DNA of 64,000 nt from Nitrososphaeria archaeon (GCA_027078545.1 JALWXN010000004.1:832001-896000), one strand, 5' to 3'. Shown: positions 19,162-29,217, numbered from the stretch's first letter. The notes: generated from the sequence alone by a model not told the origin. Translations and numbers: made by a program.

Positions 19162-19970
19162 ACCACTCCCCTCAAATAAAGGTATATAGCCGTAACTAGG
19201 TATCCAAACTGGAGAATAACCCTTCCGACCTCCATCTTGGAGGAATATCCAATCAGGGCTGACAAGACTCCTCCTATTACATTCTTCTCACTCATGGGGT
19301 GGTCACTTGGAAGGTTGAGGTTATACACATAGGTTCCGAAGGGATCCACAGCCACCCCATTCTCCTCCATATACTCAATAGTCTCATGTACAGCATAGCC
19401 CAGTATACCGGAGGCTATAAATATAATCATTATCGAGGTGACTACGAACATCTTTTTCAGAGGCAGCCTTATCTCCAATACATAGATTAAGAAGGCTATA
19501 AAGACTGCTAAAAGTATTCCCCCGAGTAGACCTATAATATTCTCCACGGGAGTGTACTGACCTAGGAAAGGTATCATAAACAGAACCATTTCCACGCCTT
19601 CCCTAAATGTTACGATGAAGCCGATAACTAGTAGTGCGGTAGGCCTGTAGAGATTCATTGCTACTTTTTCTCTAAGTTCTGAAACCAGAGTCTTAGCGCT
19701 TCTACCCATGTGATACACGACGTAGGTAAGGACTACAACAGCTAGGTATGACCCTGCAATCTCGAATATTGCCTTATAAGCAGTTAGCTCGTACAAGGTG
19801 TAAACACCTATTCCAAGGAGTAGACTTGTAATAACCGCTAACCCTACACCCATAAAAATGTGTTTATTGTTCTGCCTCATCCCTAGCTTGTACAAAGCAC
19901 CTGTCAGGACAGCTACGATGAGGACTACCTCTAAGGCCTCCCTGAAGCTAATTATGAACTGTGGGATCAA
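19146..19970 (-). CDS. FTR1 family iron permease
   Basis: Two RExxE motifs (REALE, REGVE); about 7 TMs. Confidence 0.93.
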   Translation of the reverse strand: MIPQFIISFREALEVVLIVAVLTGALYKLGMRQNNKHIFMGVGLAVITSLLLGIGVYTLYELTAYKAIFEIAGSYLAVVVLTYVVYHMGRSAKTLVSELREKVAMNLYRPTALLVIGFIVTFREGVEMVLFMIPFLGQYTPVENIIGLLGGILLAVFIAFLIYVLEIRLPLKKMFVVTSIMIIFIASGILGYAVHETIEYMEENGVAVDPFGTYVYNLNLPSDHPMSEKNVIGGVLSALIGYSSKMEVGRVILQFGYLVTAIYLYLRGVVWTKD

Positions 19971-19985
19971 TCCCCTACCCCTCCG

Positions 19986-20004
19986 ATTATAACACTGTTA
20001 TAAT
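19986..20004. promoter_or_regulatory. Perfect 9-1-9 palindromic operator ATTATAACA-C-TGTTATAAT
   Basis: Lies between the minus-strand TATA-like box (about 20021-20027) and the FTR1 start. Confidence 0.7.
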
Positions 20005-20052
20005 GGATTCTCCTCAGGCGTTTTAAAGCCCCCGTATATATAATCTTAAGCT

Positions 20053-20937
20053 CTATAGGAATCCACTCAGGACGACCAGGGTAACCCCCAGGGTGATGGT
20101 GGCGTTGGCCATGATGACGGGCCCGGTTATCTCTTCATACCTCCTGTTTATCAGGTAGGAGAGTAGGAGTACCTGTAGAGGCATCGTGCTGAATATCGGT
20201 GATAATACGGTCACCCCAATGAATAGGAGGGCTAGGTATCTAAATAGCTGGCCGAGATTCACAGTTATGCCCGAGACGATATAGTAGGTTATGACCTCCC
20301 GTGAGGCCCTCTCCATCCTGTCTCGGTGGACGTGGAATGATATCAGGGTTGGGAGTGATGCGAGGTATGATATGAAGAGCCCGGCATATGGATATGGATA
20401 GTTGGTGAGCCCATATCTCACCAGGTTTGTAGATACTGCGAACACAACTGTGGAAAGGAGGCCGATCACTATGCCCCTAAGATACCCAACATTCTCGAGA
20501 TGGGTATATGCCAGGAGGAGTACACCGGCTGTAGAGATGATTATTCCTAGGCCCTTCACTAGGTTCACCGTCTCCCCCAGGATGAAGACGGCTATGAGTA
20601 TGGCGGAGATCTGGGTCAGGGTGACCACGGGGGTTGCTGATGTAGCCCCGGTTAGCTGGATAGCCTTGTAGTAGAGGTACCTGCCAAGGATGAAGTGTAG
20701 GAGGCCGGCGGCTGTGAATACTGCTAGGAAGCCGGGATCAGGGCTTAGGAGGACCCCCAACTCACCAGCCAGTAGCGTAGCCACTAGGAACATTGGTATC
20801 CCGAAGAGGGTGGCATAGGCCACGGCCTCGAATACATGGCCCTCTACGACCCCTCTCCGGGTAATAACAGTATTAAGGGTGAAGAAGAGGGATGATGCGA
20901 AGCCTAGTCCTATACCCAGTGCATACCCCTCCAGCAA
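20053..20937 (-). CDS. DMT/EamA family transporter
   Basis: 10 TMs in two repeats; AVFILGETV motif. Confidence 0.9.
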   Translation of the reverse strand: MLEGYALGIGLGFASSLFFTLNTVITRRGVVEGHVFEAVAYATLFGIPMFLVATLLAGELGVLLSPDPGFLAVFTAAGLLHFILGRYLYYKAIQLTGATSATPVVTLTQISAILIAVFILGETVNLVKGLGIIISTAGVLLLAYTHLENVGYLRGIVIGLLSTVVFAVSTNLVRYGLTNYPYPYAGLFISYLASLPTLISFHVHRDRMERASREVITYYIVSGITVNLGQLFRYLALLFIGVTVLSPIFSTMPLQVLLLSYLINRRYEEITGPVIMANATITLGVTLVVLSGFL

Positions 20938-21027
20938 GCCTCTCCCACCCTAGAGGCATAGAGGTTTAGCTGGTTATCCTATATATATTGAATACCCTAA
21001 TCTAGGTGTAGCCCCACACATGGACCA

Positions 21028-23553
21028 GTGGTCGAGATGACTCGGGAGTGGAGGAGGATCCCGCTATTACTCATCCCCATCCTACTATCCCTCTATCCAT
21101 ACTATGGCTATAGGACGCTCCTCCACTCCCTGATACCGGGAGCCGACCCGATATGGAGGATATTCGAGTCGAACCTCTGGCCGAGCCCCTCACCCATAGA
21201 GCTCGTCCTTTTCAAGTCTATAGACCCGGCCATAGTCTATGCATTATCGGGAGCCCTCGTCTCATACGCCCTCATCCGGGGCCTAGACACCAGGCTACTC
21301 CCGGGCTACAGCCTACTATTTCTCTTGGGAGACCCCCTGACACCCCTACTACACACAGCCATGAGCCTTGGCAGGCCCGCCTATATACTCGGCCTGGCAG
21401 GCCTCATGATACACAGCCCCATAGCCGTATTAGGCCTAGCCCTACTGGGCATACTCCCTAGGAGGGCTCTAATTCCTTCACTAGCCTCGATAGCACTCCA
21501 ATACGAGAGGTACTACACAGCTCTCGTAAACCCAACTCCAGAGAGTATAGTACTGGGTATCCTAGTAGTGACACTCCTCCTCTACATTGATAGGAGACCT
21601 GGGCCATGGCTACTAACACCCATATTCCCAGAGGCCTCCATAGCCTATAGAGCGGGTGGGGAGCGGGAGAGAGCCGCCCCGATACTCATAGCGATAATCA
21701 TCACGGGCCTACTCCTTATACAGCTCCCAATAAACCCCGGCCTGAACGGGGGGCTCGACGAGTTTATAGCCAGCAGTATAAGGGACGACGCAGTCCTACT
21801 CCTAAGCGACGACCCCACCATAGTAGCTACACTACAGGCTATGGGGATATACACCTACCTATATGGAGACGCGATGGACTGGAACTGGAGCGACCGGGGG
21901 GAGATAGAGGATAGGCTCTGGGACGCTATATGGACCATGATGAGGCTTGGATACCGATACATAGTCCTGGAGAAGCCAGAGGAGCTGGCCTACTGGGTAA
22001 GCCCGGCACACTTCAACGAGTATAAATACCCGGTGAGGGAGGAGACCACCCGCTACATAATAGTGCTCGAGAGGAGAGGGCTACCAGGAGGGGCTCCCCA
22101 CTACATGGTGACCGACTTCACACCACTGACTAATTTAGAAGGGCTCTACGACTGGACATGGAGCAACGTATCAATAGAGGTAGAGGTATCAAGGGAATGG
22201 ATCACCATATCCTCGGACAAGGCCTATGAGGCCTATATCCACCTAAACAACGTGTCTAGCTACTCAGGACTCGTATTCATGGCTGAGGACGGGCTGATCG
22301 AGAGTATCGAGATATACAGTCTCGAGGATGGAGTATTAAACAGCCTCTGGGAGTCGGGCAGACTATTACCAGGCATAGTCGTACCCGTGGAGCTAGACCT
22401 ATCCGGTGTAGAGACCCTGGTATTCAAGGTGGAGGCCAAGGGGGATAGATCCATCAAGCTAGGGCTCTACGGTGGCGGGGAGCTCCTTGAGGTGGTTAGG
22501 GAGGGCGGCATAGTCAGGGTTATGCCCAACGATGGGCTGAGGGAGGTGAGATATAGACCAATCGATGGATCACCGGAAGGTGGGGGGAAGCTAGGCCTAA
22601 ATATCCAGCTACTCAGCCTAATCCTGGGGATCGCCGCGACGTTCATACCTATAGAGAGGCATTACAGCCTAGGATCTCCACTAAAGCTGGACACTAGGGA
22701 GCTCATGCTATTCATAGTCCTTGGCCCAGCCCTACTCTACATAGCCATCCCCGATATGTTAGAGGTGAGCTGGATAGGTGCTGGGGTATTCGTGATAGCC
22801 CTGACGATGTATATCCTCAACTATATTGATGAGGAGGGCCTTGGCGAGACTGGACACACCACTATACTGGCGCTGATGCCCCTGGCAGCCCTACTCACAT
22901 ACCTGGTTAAGCTCCTATATGGAGACGTCTTCGACCTGATAGGGGATTTCTGGAGGAACAGGGCTTTATACGCCACGATCGACGCTGGGATATACTCAGC
23001 ATTCCTAACGCTCACAGCCATATACATAGGTGGCTGGAGAATGCGTATACTAGCCCCTGGGCTATACCTAGGTCTCAGCACAGTGGCATTCATAACCGAT
23101 CTCTCGAGGACTTCAAACCCTGTCCTACAGGCGGTTCTCGAGGCCAATGTATACCTGGTCGACCTAACGATGGAGCTACTAGGCTACAGGGTGGAATACG
23201 TCTATACACCGCTGGGATACCCCCTATACCTCTTCGAAGGCACGAGGCTCCTGACAATAGTTATCCTGGCATGGCCCTGCGCAGGAGTTACCGGCCTATT
23301 CCTCTTCACCGGCTACGTATCAACACTGAGAGACATATACCTCAGGAGTGAGGAGCCCATATCCCGACTAGCCGTGGCAGCAGGCCTCCTAGGCACCTTC
23401 CTACTCAACATAGCCAGGGTGGATGCGATCCTCCTACTACAGGTGTTCTATGGAGTAGATGCTGCAGAGCTCTTCCACAGCACTGCCTACGAGTTCATAT
23501 TCCTAGCCTGGCTAGGCATCTACTGGTTGATATATAGGGTTTCGAGGCGCTAG
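21028..23553 (+). CDS. Archaeosortase/exosortase (ArtH-like) fused to a long N-terminal membrane and extracellular region
   Basis: C-terminal WPCAG (Cys), LLNIARV (Arg) and ELFHS (His) triad within multiple TMs. Confidence 0.85.
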   Translation: MVEMTREWRRIPLLLIPILLSLYPYYGYRTLLHSLIPGADPIWRIFESNLWPSPSPIELVLFKSIDPAIVYALSGALVSYALIRGLDTRLLPGYSLLFLLGDPLTPLLHTAMSLGRPAYILGLAGLMIHSPIAVLGLALLGILPRRALIPSLASIALQYERYYTALVNPTPESIVLGILVVTLLLYIDRRPGPWLLTPIFPEASIAYRAGGERERAAPILIAIIITGLLLIQLPINPGLNGGLDEFIASSIRDDAVLLLSDDPTIVATLQAMGIYTYLYGDAMDWNWSDRGEIEDRLWDAIWTMMRLGYRYIVLEKPEELAYWVSPAHFNEYKYPVREETTRYIIVLERRGLPGGAPHYMVTDFTPLTNLEGLYDWTWSNVSIEVEVSREWITISSDKAYEAYIHLNNVSSYSGLVFMAEDGLIESIEIYSLEDGVLNSLWESGRLLPGIVVPVELDLSGVETLVFKVEAKGDRSIKLGLYGGGELLEVVREGGIVRVMPNDGLREVRYRPIDGSPEGGGKLGLNIQLLSLILGIAATFIPIERHYSLGSPLKLDTRELMLFIVLGPALLYIAIPDMLEVSWIGAGVFVIALTMYILNYIDEEGLGETGHTTILALMPLAALLTYLVKLLYGDVFDLIGDFWRNRALYATIDAGIYSAFLTLTAIYIGGWRMRILAPGLYLGLSTVAFITDLSRTSNPVLQAVLEANVYLVDLTMELLGYRVEYVYTPLGYPLYLFEGTRLLTIVILAWPCAGVTGLFLFTGYVSTLRDIYLRSEEPISRLAVAAGLLGTFLLNIARVDAILLLQVFYGVDAAELFHSTAYEFIFLAWLGIYWLIYRVSRR

Positions 23554-24068
23554 CCAACTATGATTGTGTAGACCAGGTAGAAGACTATAGTCGAGACGAG
23601 TGTGGATATCGCCACTAGCCAGATGGGGGAGATCCTAGCCGACTTGATTATCCTACCACGGGGACGGACAGGGATCCTCCGCCTCTCCACATCCCTAAAC
23701 TCCCTACCCCATGAGATCTGCTCAGCCTGCCTAGAGGGCTGTGGAACGGTCACGGTGAAGGGCTCTATACATGGAGCCTTCTCAAGCTCGGCCCTCAGCT
23801 GATCCATATACCTATAGACGGTTGGGAATCGGCTCCTAGTCACAACCCTCCCGAGATCCTCCTTGTGACAGGCAAGCCTATCAAGGAGCCCCCTAAGCCT
23901 AAGACTCTCGAAAAACGTTGGGACTAGGGAGGGATCCTCCTCCTCAACCATCTCGATAGCGGTGTCCAGCTTTATGAGGAAGCCGTCGAGGCTATAGGTC
24001 AGCTCATGTGCCTGCCTAATATACTCGATAGCCTCCTCCAGCCTGGATCCCTCCATCAGTCTCCACAC
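23550..24068 (-). CDS. Hypothetical protein with C-terminal TM
   Basis: Helical N-terminal domain and tail anchor. Confidence 0.65.
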   Translation of the reverse strand: MWRLMEGSRLEEAIEYIRQAHELTYSLDGFLIKLDTAIEMVEEEDPSLVPTFFESLRLRGLLDRLACHKEDLGRVVTRSRFPTVYRYMDQLRAELEKAPCIEPFTVTVPQPSRQAEQISWGREFRDVERRRIPVRPRGRIIKSARISPIWLVAISTLVSTIVFYLVYTIIVG

Positions 24069-24298
24069 CTCAATAATTAGTGTCCATTATATACTGCCGT
24101 CCCTACGTATATAAACCATCGTATATCTTCTCAGACTGATGGGGAAGACGAGATAAATAATGGTTAATCACAGACCATACCATAAACAGATCCATATCCA
24201 CCCTAAAACCCTTCATGGAACGGTTCGGAGGGTTTATATAGTATATGTATCCATCAAATTGAGACTGGGGCCTCAGAGCCCAAGACGGTGCCCAACAC

Positions 24299-25291
24299 AT
24301 GGAGAAAGCTATAGTCGTGAAAAACCTGAGGAAGGTATATGAAGGAGAGGTAGTAGCGGTAGATGACGTATCCTTCGAGGTGGAGAGGGGAGAGATATTC
24401 GGCTTCCTAGGCCCAAACGGGGCGGGTAAGACGACGACCATAAACATCCTAACAACCCTAGTCCCACCCACCTCTGGCGAGGCCTACGTAGGCGACCATA
24501 AGGTGGGGGAGGAGGACGAGGAGATACGTAGGATTATAGGCCTCGTCCCCCAGGAGCTCACGGCGGACGACGAGTTGACGGGCTGGGAGAACATCTACCT
24601 CCAGGGGAGCCTCTACGGTATGTCGAGGAGCGAGATCAGGAGTGAGGCTAGGGAGCTCCTACAGATGGTTGGGCTGGAGGAGGCTGCAGATAGGCTCGTC
24701 AGGACCTATAGCGGGGGGATGAGGAGGCGTCTAGAGCTGGTTATGGGGCTTATCCATAAGCCGGAGATACTCTTCCTTGACGAGCCAACCCTAGGCCTAG
24801 ATGTACAGACCAGGGCCCACCTATGGGACCATATCAGGAGGGTACGCAGCGAGTATGACATGACGATCTTCATGACTACACACTATATGGATGAGGCGGA
24901 TAAGCTATGCGACAGGATAGCCATTATAGACCATGGAAGGATAAAGGCTATAGGCACGCCCGACGAGCTTAAACGCATGGTGGAGGGCGACCTAGTCATA
25001 GTGAGGACTGTGGACGGCCCACCCATAGATGTCAGGCTAGACGGGGTACCAGGCCTGAAGGACTACACCATAGACGGCACGGAGATAAGGATACGGGTGG
25101 AGGAGGGTGAGAGGGCAACCCCAGCCATCATCGAGAGCCTAGTCTCCAGGGGCTACCAGATACGGAGCGTCGAACTGGTCAGGCCAAGCCTGGAGCAGGT
25201 ATTCCTGACACTCACAGGGAGGAGTATCAGGGAGGAGGAGGCCCTCGACACGATAAGCTACCGTGTCATGATGAGAAGGAGGAGGGGATAG
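24299..25291 (+). CDS. DrrA-type ABC exporter ATP-binding subunit
   Basis: GPNGAGKTT, YSGGM, LDEPT, TTHYMDEAD and C-terminal PSLEQVFLTLTG. Confidence 0.96.
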   Translation: MEKAIVVKNLRKVYEGEVVAVDDVSFEVERGEIFGFLGPNGAGKTTTINILTTLVPPTSGEAYVGDHKVGEEDEEIRRIIGLVPQELTADDELTGWENIYLQGSLYGMSRSEIRSEARELLQMVGLEEAADRLVRTYSGGMRRRLELVMGLIHKPEILFLDEPTLGLDVQTRAHLWDHIRRVRSEYDMTIFMTTHYMDEADKLCDRIAIIDHGRIKAIGTPDELKRMVEGDLVIVRTVDGPPIDVRLDGVPGLKDYTIDGTEIRIRVEEGERATPAIIESLVSRGYQIRSVELVRPSLEQVFLTLTGRSIREEEALDTISYRVMMRRRRG

Positions 25292-25293
25292 AT

Positions 25294-26127
25294 ATGAGCG
25301 GCGCATTATGGGCATTGACGGAGAGGGAGATCAAGAAGTGGTATAGGAGGAGGATAGCCATAGTCTTCACATTCATAACCCCACTCATGTGGCTAGCACT
25401 CTTCGGGAAGTCCTTCAACCTACTGAGCCTATTCAGAGCCCCCGACGACCTCCCACCCGAGATCGTTAGGACTGTCCAGGAGGTTATAGACTCCATAATT
25501 ACCCGGGCCTTCGGGACCACCGACTACTTCACCTACGTAGCTACAGGCATGTTCACAGTCTTCATACTATTCACCTCGATGTTCAGCGGGATGAGCCTGA
25601 TATTCGATAGGAGGCTAGGCTTCCTAAACAGGCTCCTCGTATCACCAGTCAAGAGGGAGACGATCTATCTAAGCAGGGTACTGGCAACAGTTATACGGAG
25701 CATACTACAGTTCACAGGGCTATTCATAATAGCGATAGCCCTAGGGATAAACCTCGGCCCGGGAGTGGGGCCCCTACATATATTCCTAACCTATCTAAAC
25801 CTAGCACTGGTAGCGTACATCTTCAGCAGCATATTCATCTCGATGATGCTCAGGGTGACGGAGCATGACACAGCCATCTCAATGGCGAACCTACTCAACC
25901 TCCCACTGATGTTCGCGAGTAACAGTATCTTCCCAGAGGAGCAGATGCCCAGCTGGCTCAAGACTGTAGCCCTGCTAAACCCCATCTCCCATAGCAACGA
26001 GGTGGTTAGAACACTCCTGATCAGGGGCAGCCTAGAGATACCAGTGACAAGCCTGGCCTACCTACTCGGCCTAGCACTAGTATCCACGGTGATGGGCCTC
26101 TATCTAAGCAGGAGATACCTGAGGTAA
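25294..26127 (+). CDS. ABC-2 type permease (DrrB-like)
   Basis: DRRLGFLNRLLVSPV and MPSWLKTVALLNPISH. Confidence 0.94.
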   Translation: MSGALWALTEREIKKWYRRRIAIVFTFITPLMWLALFGKSFNLLSLFRAPDDLPPEIVRTVQEVIDSIITRAFGTTDYFTYVATGMFTVFILFTSMFSGMSLIFDRRLGFLNRLLVSPVKRETIYLSRVLATVIRSILQFTGLFIIAIALGINLGPGVGPLHIFLTYLNLALVAYIFSSIFISMMLRVTEHDTAISMANLLNLPLMFASNSIFPEEQMPSWLKTVALLNPISHSNEVVRTLLIRGSLEIPVTSLAYLLGLALVSTVMGLYLSRRYLR

Positions 26128-26132
26128 GGGGC

Positions 26133-27899
26133 CTACCTAGAGTATAGTGGGATCGGCGGCTTCCTAGCGAGGTAGATAGCTAGGCATACTAGGAACACGG
26201 CCACGCTCACCAGTATAGTGGCTGCACCGGCATTAACGTTGAAGTAGTAGCTCAGGTAGTACCCAACGAGACCACTGAAGACACCTATCGAGACGCTCAG
26301 CCCGATATACTGCCTAGGCCTCCTACTAACCAGGTATGCCGCAGATGGCGGGACGATGAGGGCGGCTATAGCGGGTATAGCCCCTATCGACATGAAGGCA
26401 GACACCGTGGATATAGCCAGGAGTAGGAGGAGGGCGTAGTGTATAAGGCCTATCCTCACTCCCATGGAGATCGCGGATACAGGGTCTATCGAGTATAGCA
26501 GGAGATGCCTATGGAAGAGTAGGAGTAGGACGCCTATCCCCAGGGCTGATAATACCGCCCTAGTCATCATCTCGCTGGAGACAGCCGTCACATCGGCGAA
26601 GAGCACGTCCTCAAGGGATATGTTGACACCTCCCATCGTAGAGATTATCAGTGTTGCTATGGCGAGCATAGAGGTGAAGGAGATAGCTATTATCACGTCA
26701 GCCCTAAGCGTGGTCACCCTCTCCAGCGTACCCACCGTAAACGCTATGAAGAGCCCTATTAGGAGGGCCCCCAGGTAGAAGTCCGTTGCGAGTAGATATG
26801 CCATGAGCAGCCCTACTATAGCCCCATGCCCAAGGGCATCACTAAATATGGACCAGCCCCTAAGAACGGCATATGCACCCACGGCCGACGTCATAGCCAT
26901 AAGGATTATGAGTGTAAGGAAGCCCCTCCTCAGGAAGTCATAGGCAAGAGGCTTTAACAGTGGGTTGTCAATACTAGCCACCTCTATAGCTACCTCCCCA
27001 GGCCCCTCTATGAGGGCTTCTCTAATCACCTCGGTATTCCACCTTATCATCTCGATATAGCTATAGACCCCGTAGTCGGGAGCTAGGCTCTCGAGGACGA
27101 TGAAGCCATACGTCTCAAGGCCGGCCTCCTCCGCCAGTGTCTCAACAACCTCCCTGAGGGTAGTGCCCATCTCCTCATACTCGATAATTATTACAACCTC
27201 GCCGCTCAGAACCACGTCTTCGAACTGCTCCACAACCCATGCCGTGGCCGGTTCATATACACCAGCCGTCCCGGTTATATACCCCGAAACCTCCAATCCA
27301 TATCTCTCTGCATAGTACATCAGGCCATTCCTAACAGTGAATATCGATCTAGTGGATAGCCCAGGGTCGGAGAGCACGTCTATAACCCATGCGTCGAGAC
27401 TCTCCAACTCATCGAGATACCTATCCGCATTCTCCATGTAGATATCTCCATACTGTGGAGCCAACTCGGAGAAGAGGCTGGCAAGCTCCTCCACAAGCCG
27501 CATAGCGAGGCTTACATCGTGCCAGAAATAGGGGTTCTCATAGACCCTGGGCTCATACCTGGCCACTAGGTCTAGGATACTAACCACCCCCTCGCCATCC
27601 CTGAGGCCAGCCACGTTACTCGCGATAGCCAGTTCGGAGCCATAGCCCACGTATAGGAATAGATCCGCTAGGTAGGCCTTCTCAGAGTCGGAGGGGGTGA
27701 ACTCATAGGTCGAGGCATGCCTCCCCGGGCGTAGGAGGCTCTCGGCATAGCCATACTCACCCAGTATGTTCCCGGCAATATCAGAGATGAAGGGGTAGGT
27801 AGTCACGATATATAGGCCCTCAGGCCTAGTCTGGACAGGGTCGCCAACGGCTAGGAGGGCTATGAATATTGCAATAACCACATATATCCATCTCCCCAT
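26133..27899 (-). CDS. Fused TroA/ZnuA-type solute-binding protein and ABC-3 permease
   Basis: The N-terminal half has the cluster A-I SBP pattern (IVTT, TYEFTP, ADLFLYVG, NPYFW). The C-terminal half is ABC-3 (DALGHG, LEDVLFADV, LIVPP). Confidence 0.9.
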   Translation of the reverse strand: MGRWIYVVIAIFIALLAVGDPVQTRPEGLYIVTTYPFISDIAGNILGEYGYAESLLRPGRHASTYEFTPSDSEKAYLADLFLYVGYGSELAIASNVAGLRDGEGVVSILDLVARYEPRVYENPYFWHDVSLAMRLVEELASLFSELAPQYGDIYMENADRYLDELESLDAWVIDVLSDPGLSTRSIFTVRNGLMYYAERYGLEVSGYITGTAGVYEPATAWVVEQFEDVVLSGEVVIIIEYEEMGTTLREVVETLAEEAGLETYGFIVLESLAPDYGVYSYIEMIRWNTEVIREALIEGPGEVAIEVASIDNPLLKPLAYDFLRRGFLTLIILMAMTSAVGAYAVLRGWSIFSDALGHGAIVGLLMAYLLATDFYLGALLIGLFIAFTVGTLERVTTLRADVIIAISFTSMLAIATLIISTMGGVNISLEDVLFADVTAVSSEMMTRAVLSALGIGVLLLLFHRHLLLYSIDPVSAISMGVRIGLIHYALLLLLAISTVSAFMSIGAIPAIAALIVPPSAAYLVSRRPRQYIGLSVSIGVFSGLVGYYLSYYFNVNAGAATILVSVAVFLVCLAIYLARKPPIPLYSR

Positions 27900-27906
27900 G
27901 GATCAC

Positions 27907-28629
27907 TCACCTATAGGCCTCCTCCAACACCTCCCTACGTAGGACCTCGCCCGGCGGCCCTATCCTCACGATTCCATGCCTGAAGAGGATCACCCTATCG
28001 ATCTCCTCCCCATCAGATATGTGGTGCTCCGTCAGGATGACGAGCTTTCCACGCCCCTTCTCCTCCTCGAGAACCCTCATGATCCTCTCCTCTGAGGGGA
28101 AGTCGATCGACTCGAAGGGCTCGTCGAGGATATAGATAGTTGGGTCCTGGGCCAATGCACGGGCTATCATTGCACGTGCTAGCTGCCCACCAGAGACCTC
28201 GGAGAGCCTATAGTCACGCCTATCCCAGAGGCCGACCCTCCTAAGGGCCTCCTCAACCATCCTATGATCCTCCTCCCCAGGCCTGGCTAGGAGGGGTAGC
28301 CTTGGATACCTACCCATCATGACGAAGTCGTAGAGTGTGATCGGCGCATATATGTTAACCTCGTCGAGCTGGGGGACATAGCCTATCTCCCTCCTGACAC
28401 CCGGATCCCTAACCGGGTCACGGCCTAGCACAGAGACCATGCCCGAGACGGGCTTGACGAGGCCTAGTATAGTCTTCACAAGGGTGGTCTTCCCACCACC
28501 GTTCGGCCCAGCTATTAGGACGATCTCGCCGGGATACAGCTCTAGATCCAGGCCCTCAAACACAGGGCCATTCCTATCGCTATACTTGACAGTCACGTCT
28601 CTAAGCACTATGTATGGCTCCCGGGTCAT
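27907..28629 (-). CDS. Mn/Zn/Fe ABC transporter ATP-binding subunit
   Basis: GPNGGGKTT, IGYVPQ, VMMGR, VSGGQ and LDEP. Confidence 0.94.
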   Translation of the reverse strand: MTREPYIVLRDVTVKYSDRNGPVFEGLDLELYPGEIVLIAGPNGGGKTTLVKTILGLVKPVSGMVSVLGRDPVRDPGVRREIGYVPQLDEVNIYAPITLYDFVMMGRYPRLPLLARPGEEDHRMVEEALRRVGLWDRRDYRLSEVSGGQLARAMIARALAQDPTIYILDEPFESIDFPSEERIMRVLEEEKGRGKLVILTEHHISDGEEIDRVILFRHGIVRIGPPGEVLRREVLEEAYR

Positions 28630-28648
28630 CCCAATATAGAGTCTAGTG

Positions 28649-28686
28649 TTTTAGGCTTATTTAAACTTTTTTACCTAGGCTAAAAA
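28649..28686. promoter_or_regulatory. Putative DtxR/MntR operator overlapping the metal ABC promoter
   Basis: TTTTAGGCTTATTTAAA and the imperfect palindrome TTTTTACCTAGGCTAAAAA flank the minus-strand TTTAAATA box; DtxR gene adjacent. Confidence 0.55.
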
Positions 28687-28691
28687 CAACA

Positions 28692-29123
28692 TCAATCCCT
28701 AGACTCCATACACTTCTTGAGGAATCTATACAGCTTCTCAATAGTCTCGTCGGATAGGAAGTGCTCGGCCAGCTCCGCCTCTATATTCGCACGCTCCTCA
28801 TCAACCCCCAGCGCCAGGAACAGTTCCAGGAGCATCCCATGCCTCCTCGAGATCCTGCTGGCCAGCTCCTCACCCCTCCTCGTAAGCTTAGGATTCCTGT
28901 AGCGTCTATATTCAACCAGGCCCTTCTCCTCCAGCCTCTTCAACATGTTCGTGACGGATGCAGGGGTTACCCCTAGTATCCTGGCTATATCGGTTGGCTG
29001 GGCATATCCATGGCTCTTCTCAAGCTCATAGATAACCTCTATATAGTCCTCCTCAGCCATCGAGGCGAACCTCTTCTTCCTCCTATGAGCCTCCGCGAGG
29101 AGCTCCAGCCTATCCCTAGCCAA
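28692..29123 (-). CDS. DtxR/MntR family metal-dependent repressor
   Basis: EEDYIEVIY, PASVTNMLKRL, RRH and EAELAEHFLS. Confidence 0.94.
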   Translation of the reverse strand: MARDRLELLAEAHRRKKRFASMAEEDYIEVIYELEKSHGYAQPTDIARILGVTPASVTNMLKRLEEKGLVEYRRYRNPKLTRRGEELASRISRRHGMLLELFLALGVDEERANIEAELAEHFLSDETIEKLYRFLKKCMESRD

Positions 29124-29217
29124 CCCGGGACACCACCAAAATATTCCAGGGCCTATCCCTATATCACATTCTATAGTCTTGGCTAGAGCTTATTCCTTCT
29201 AGGCCTGGACGTGGGTA

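Noticed and set aside
24069-24298. 230-bp intergenic region with weak hairpins as a possible ncRNA
   Set aside because: No C/D, H/ACA or tRNA features; explainable as divergent promoters.
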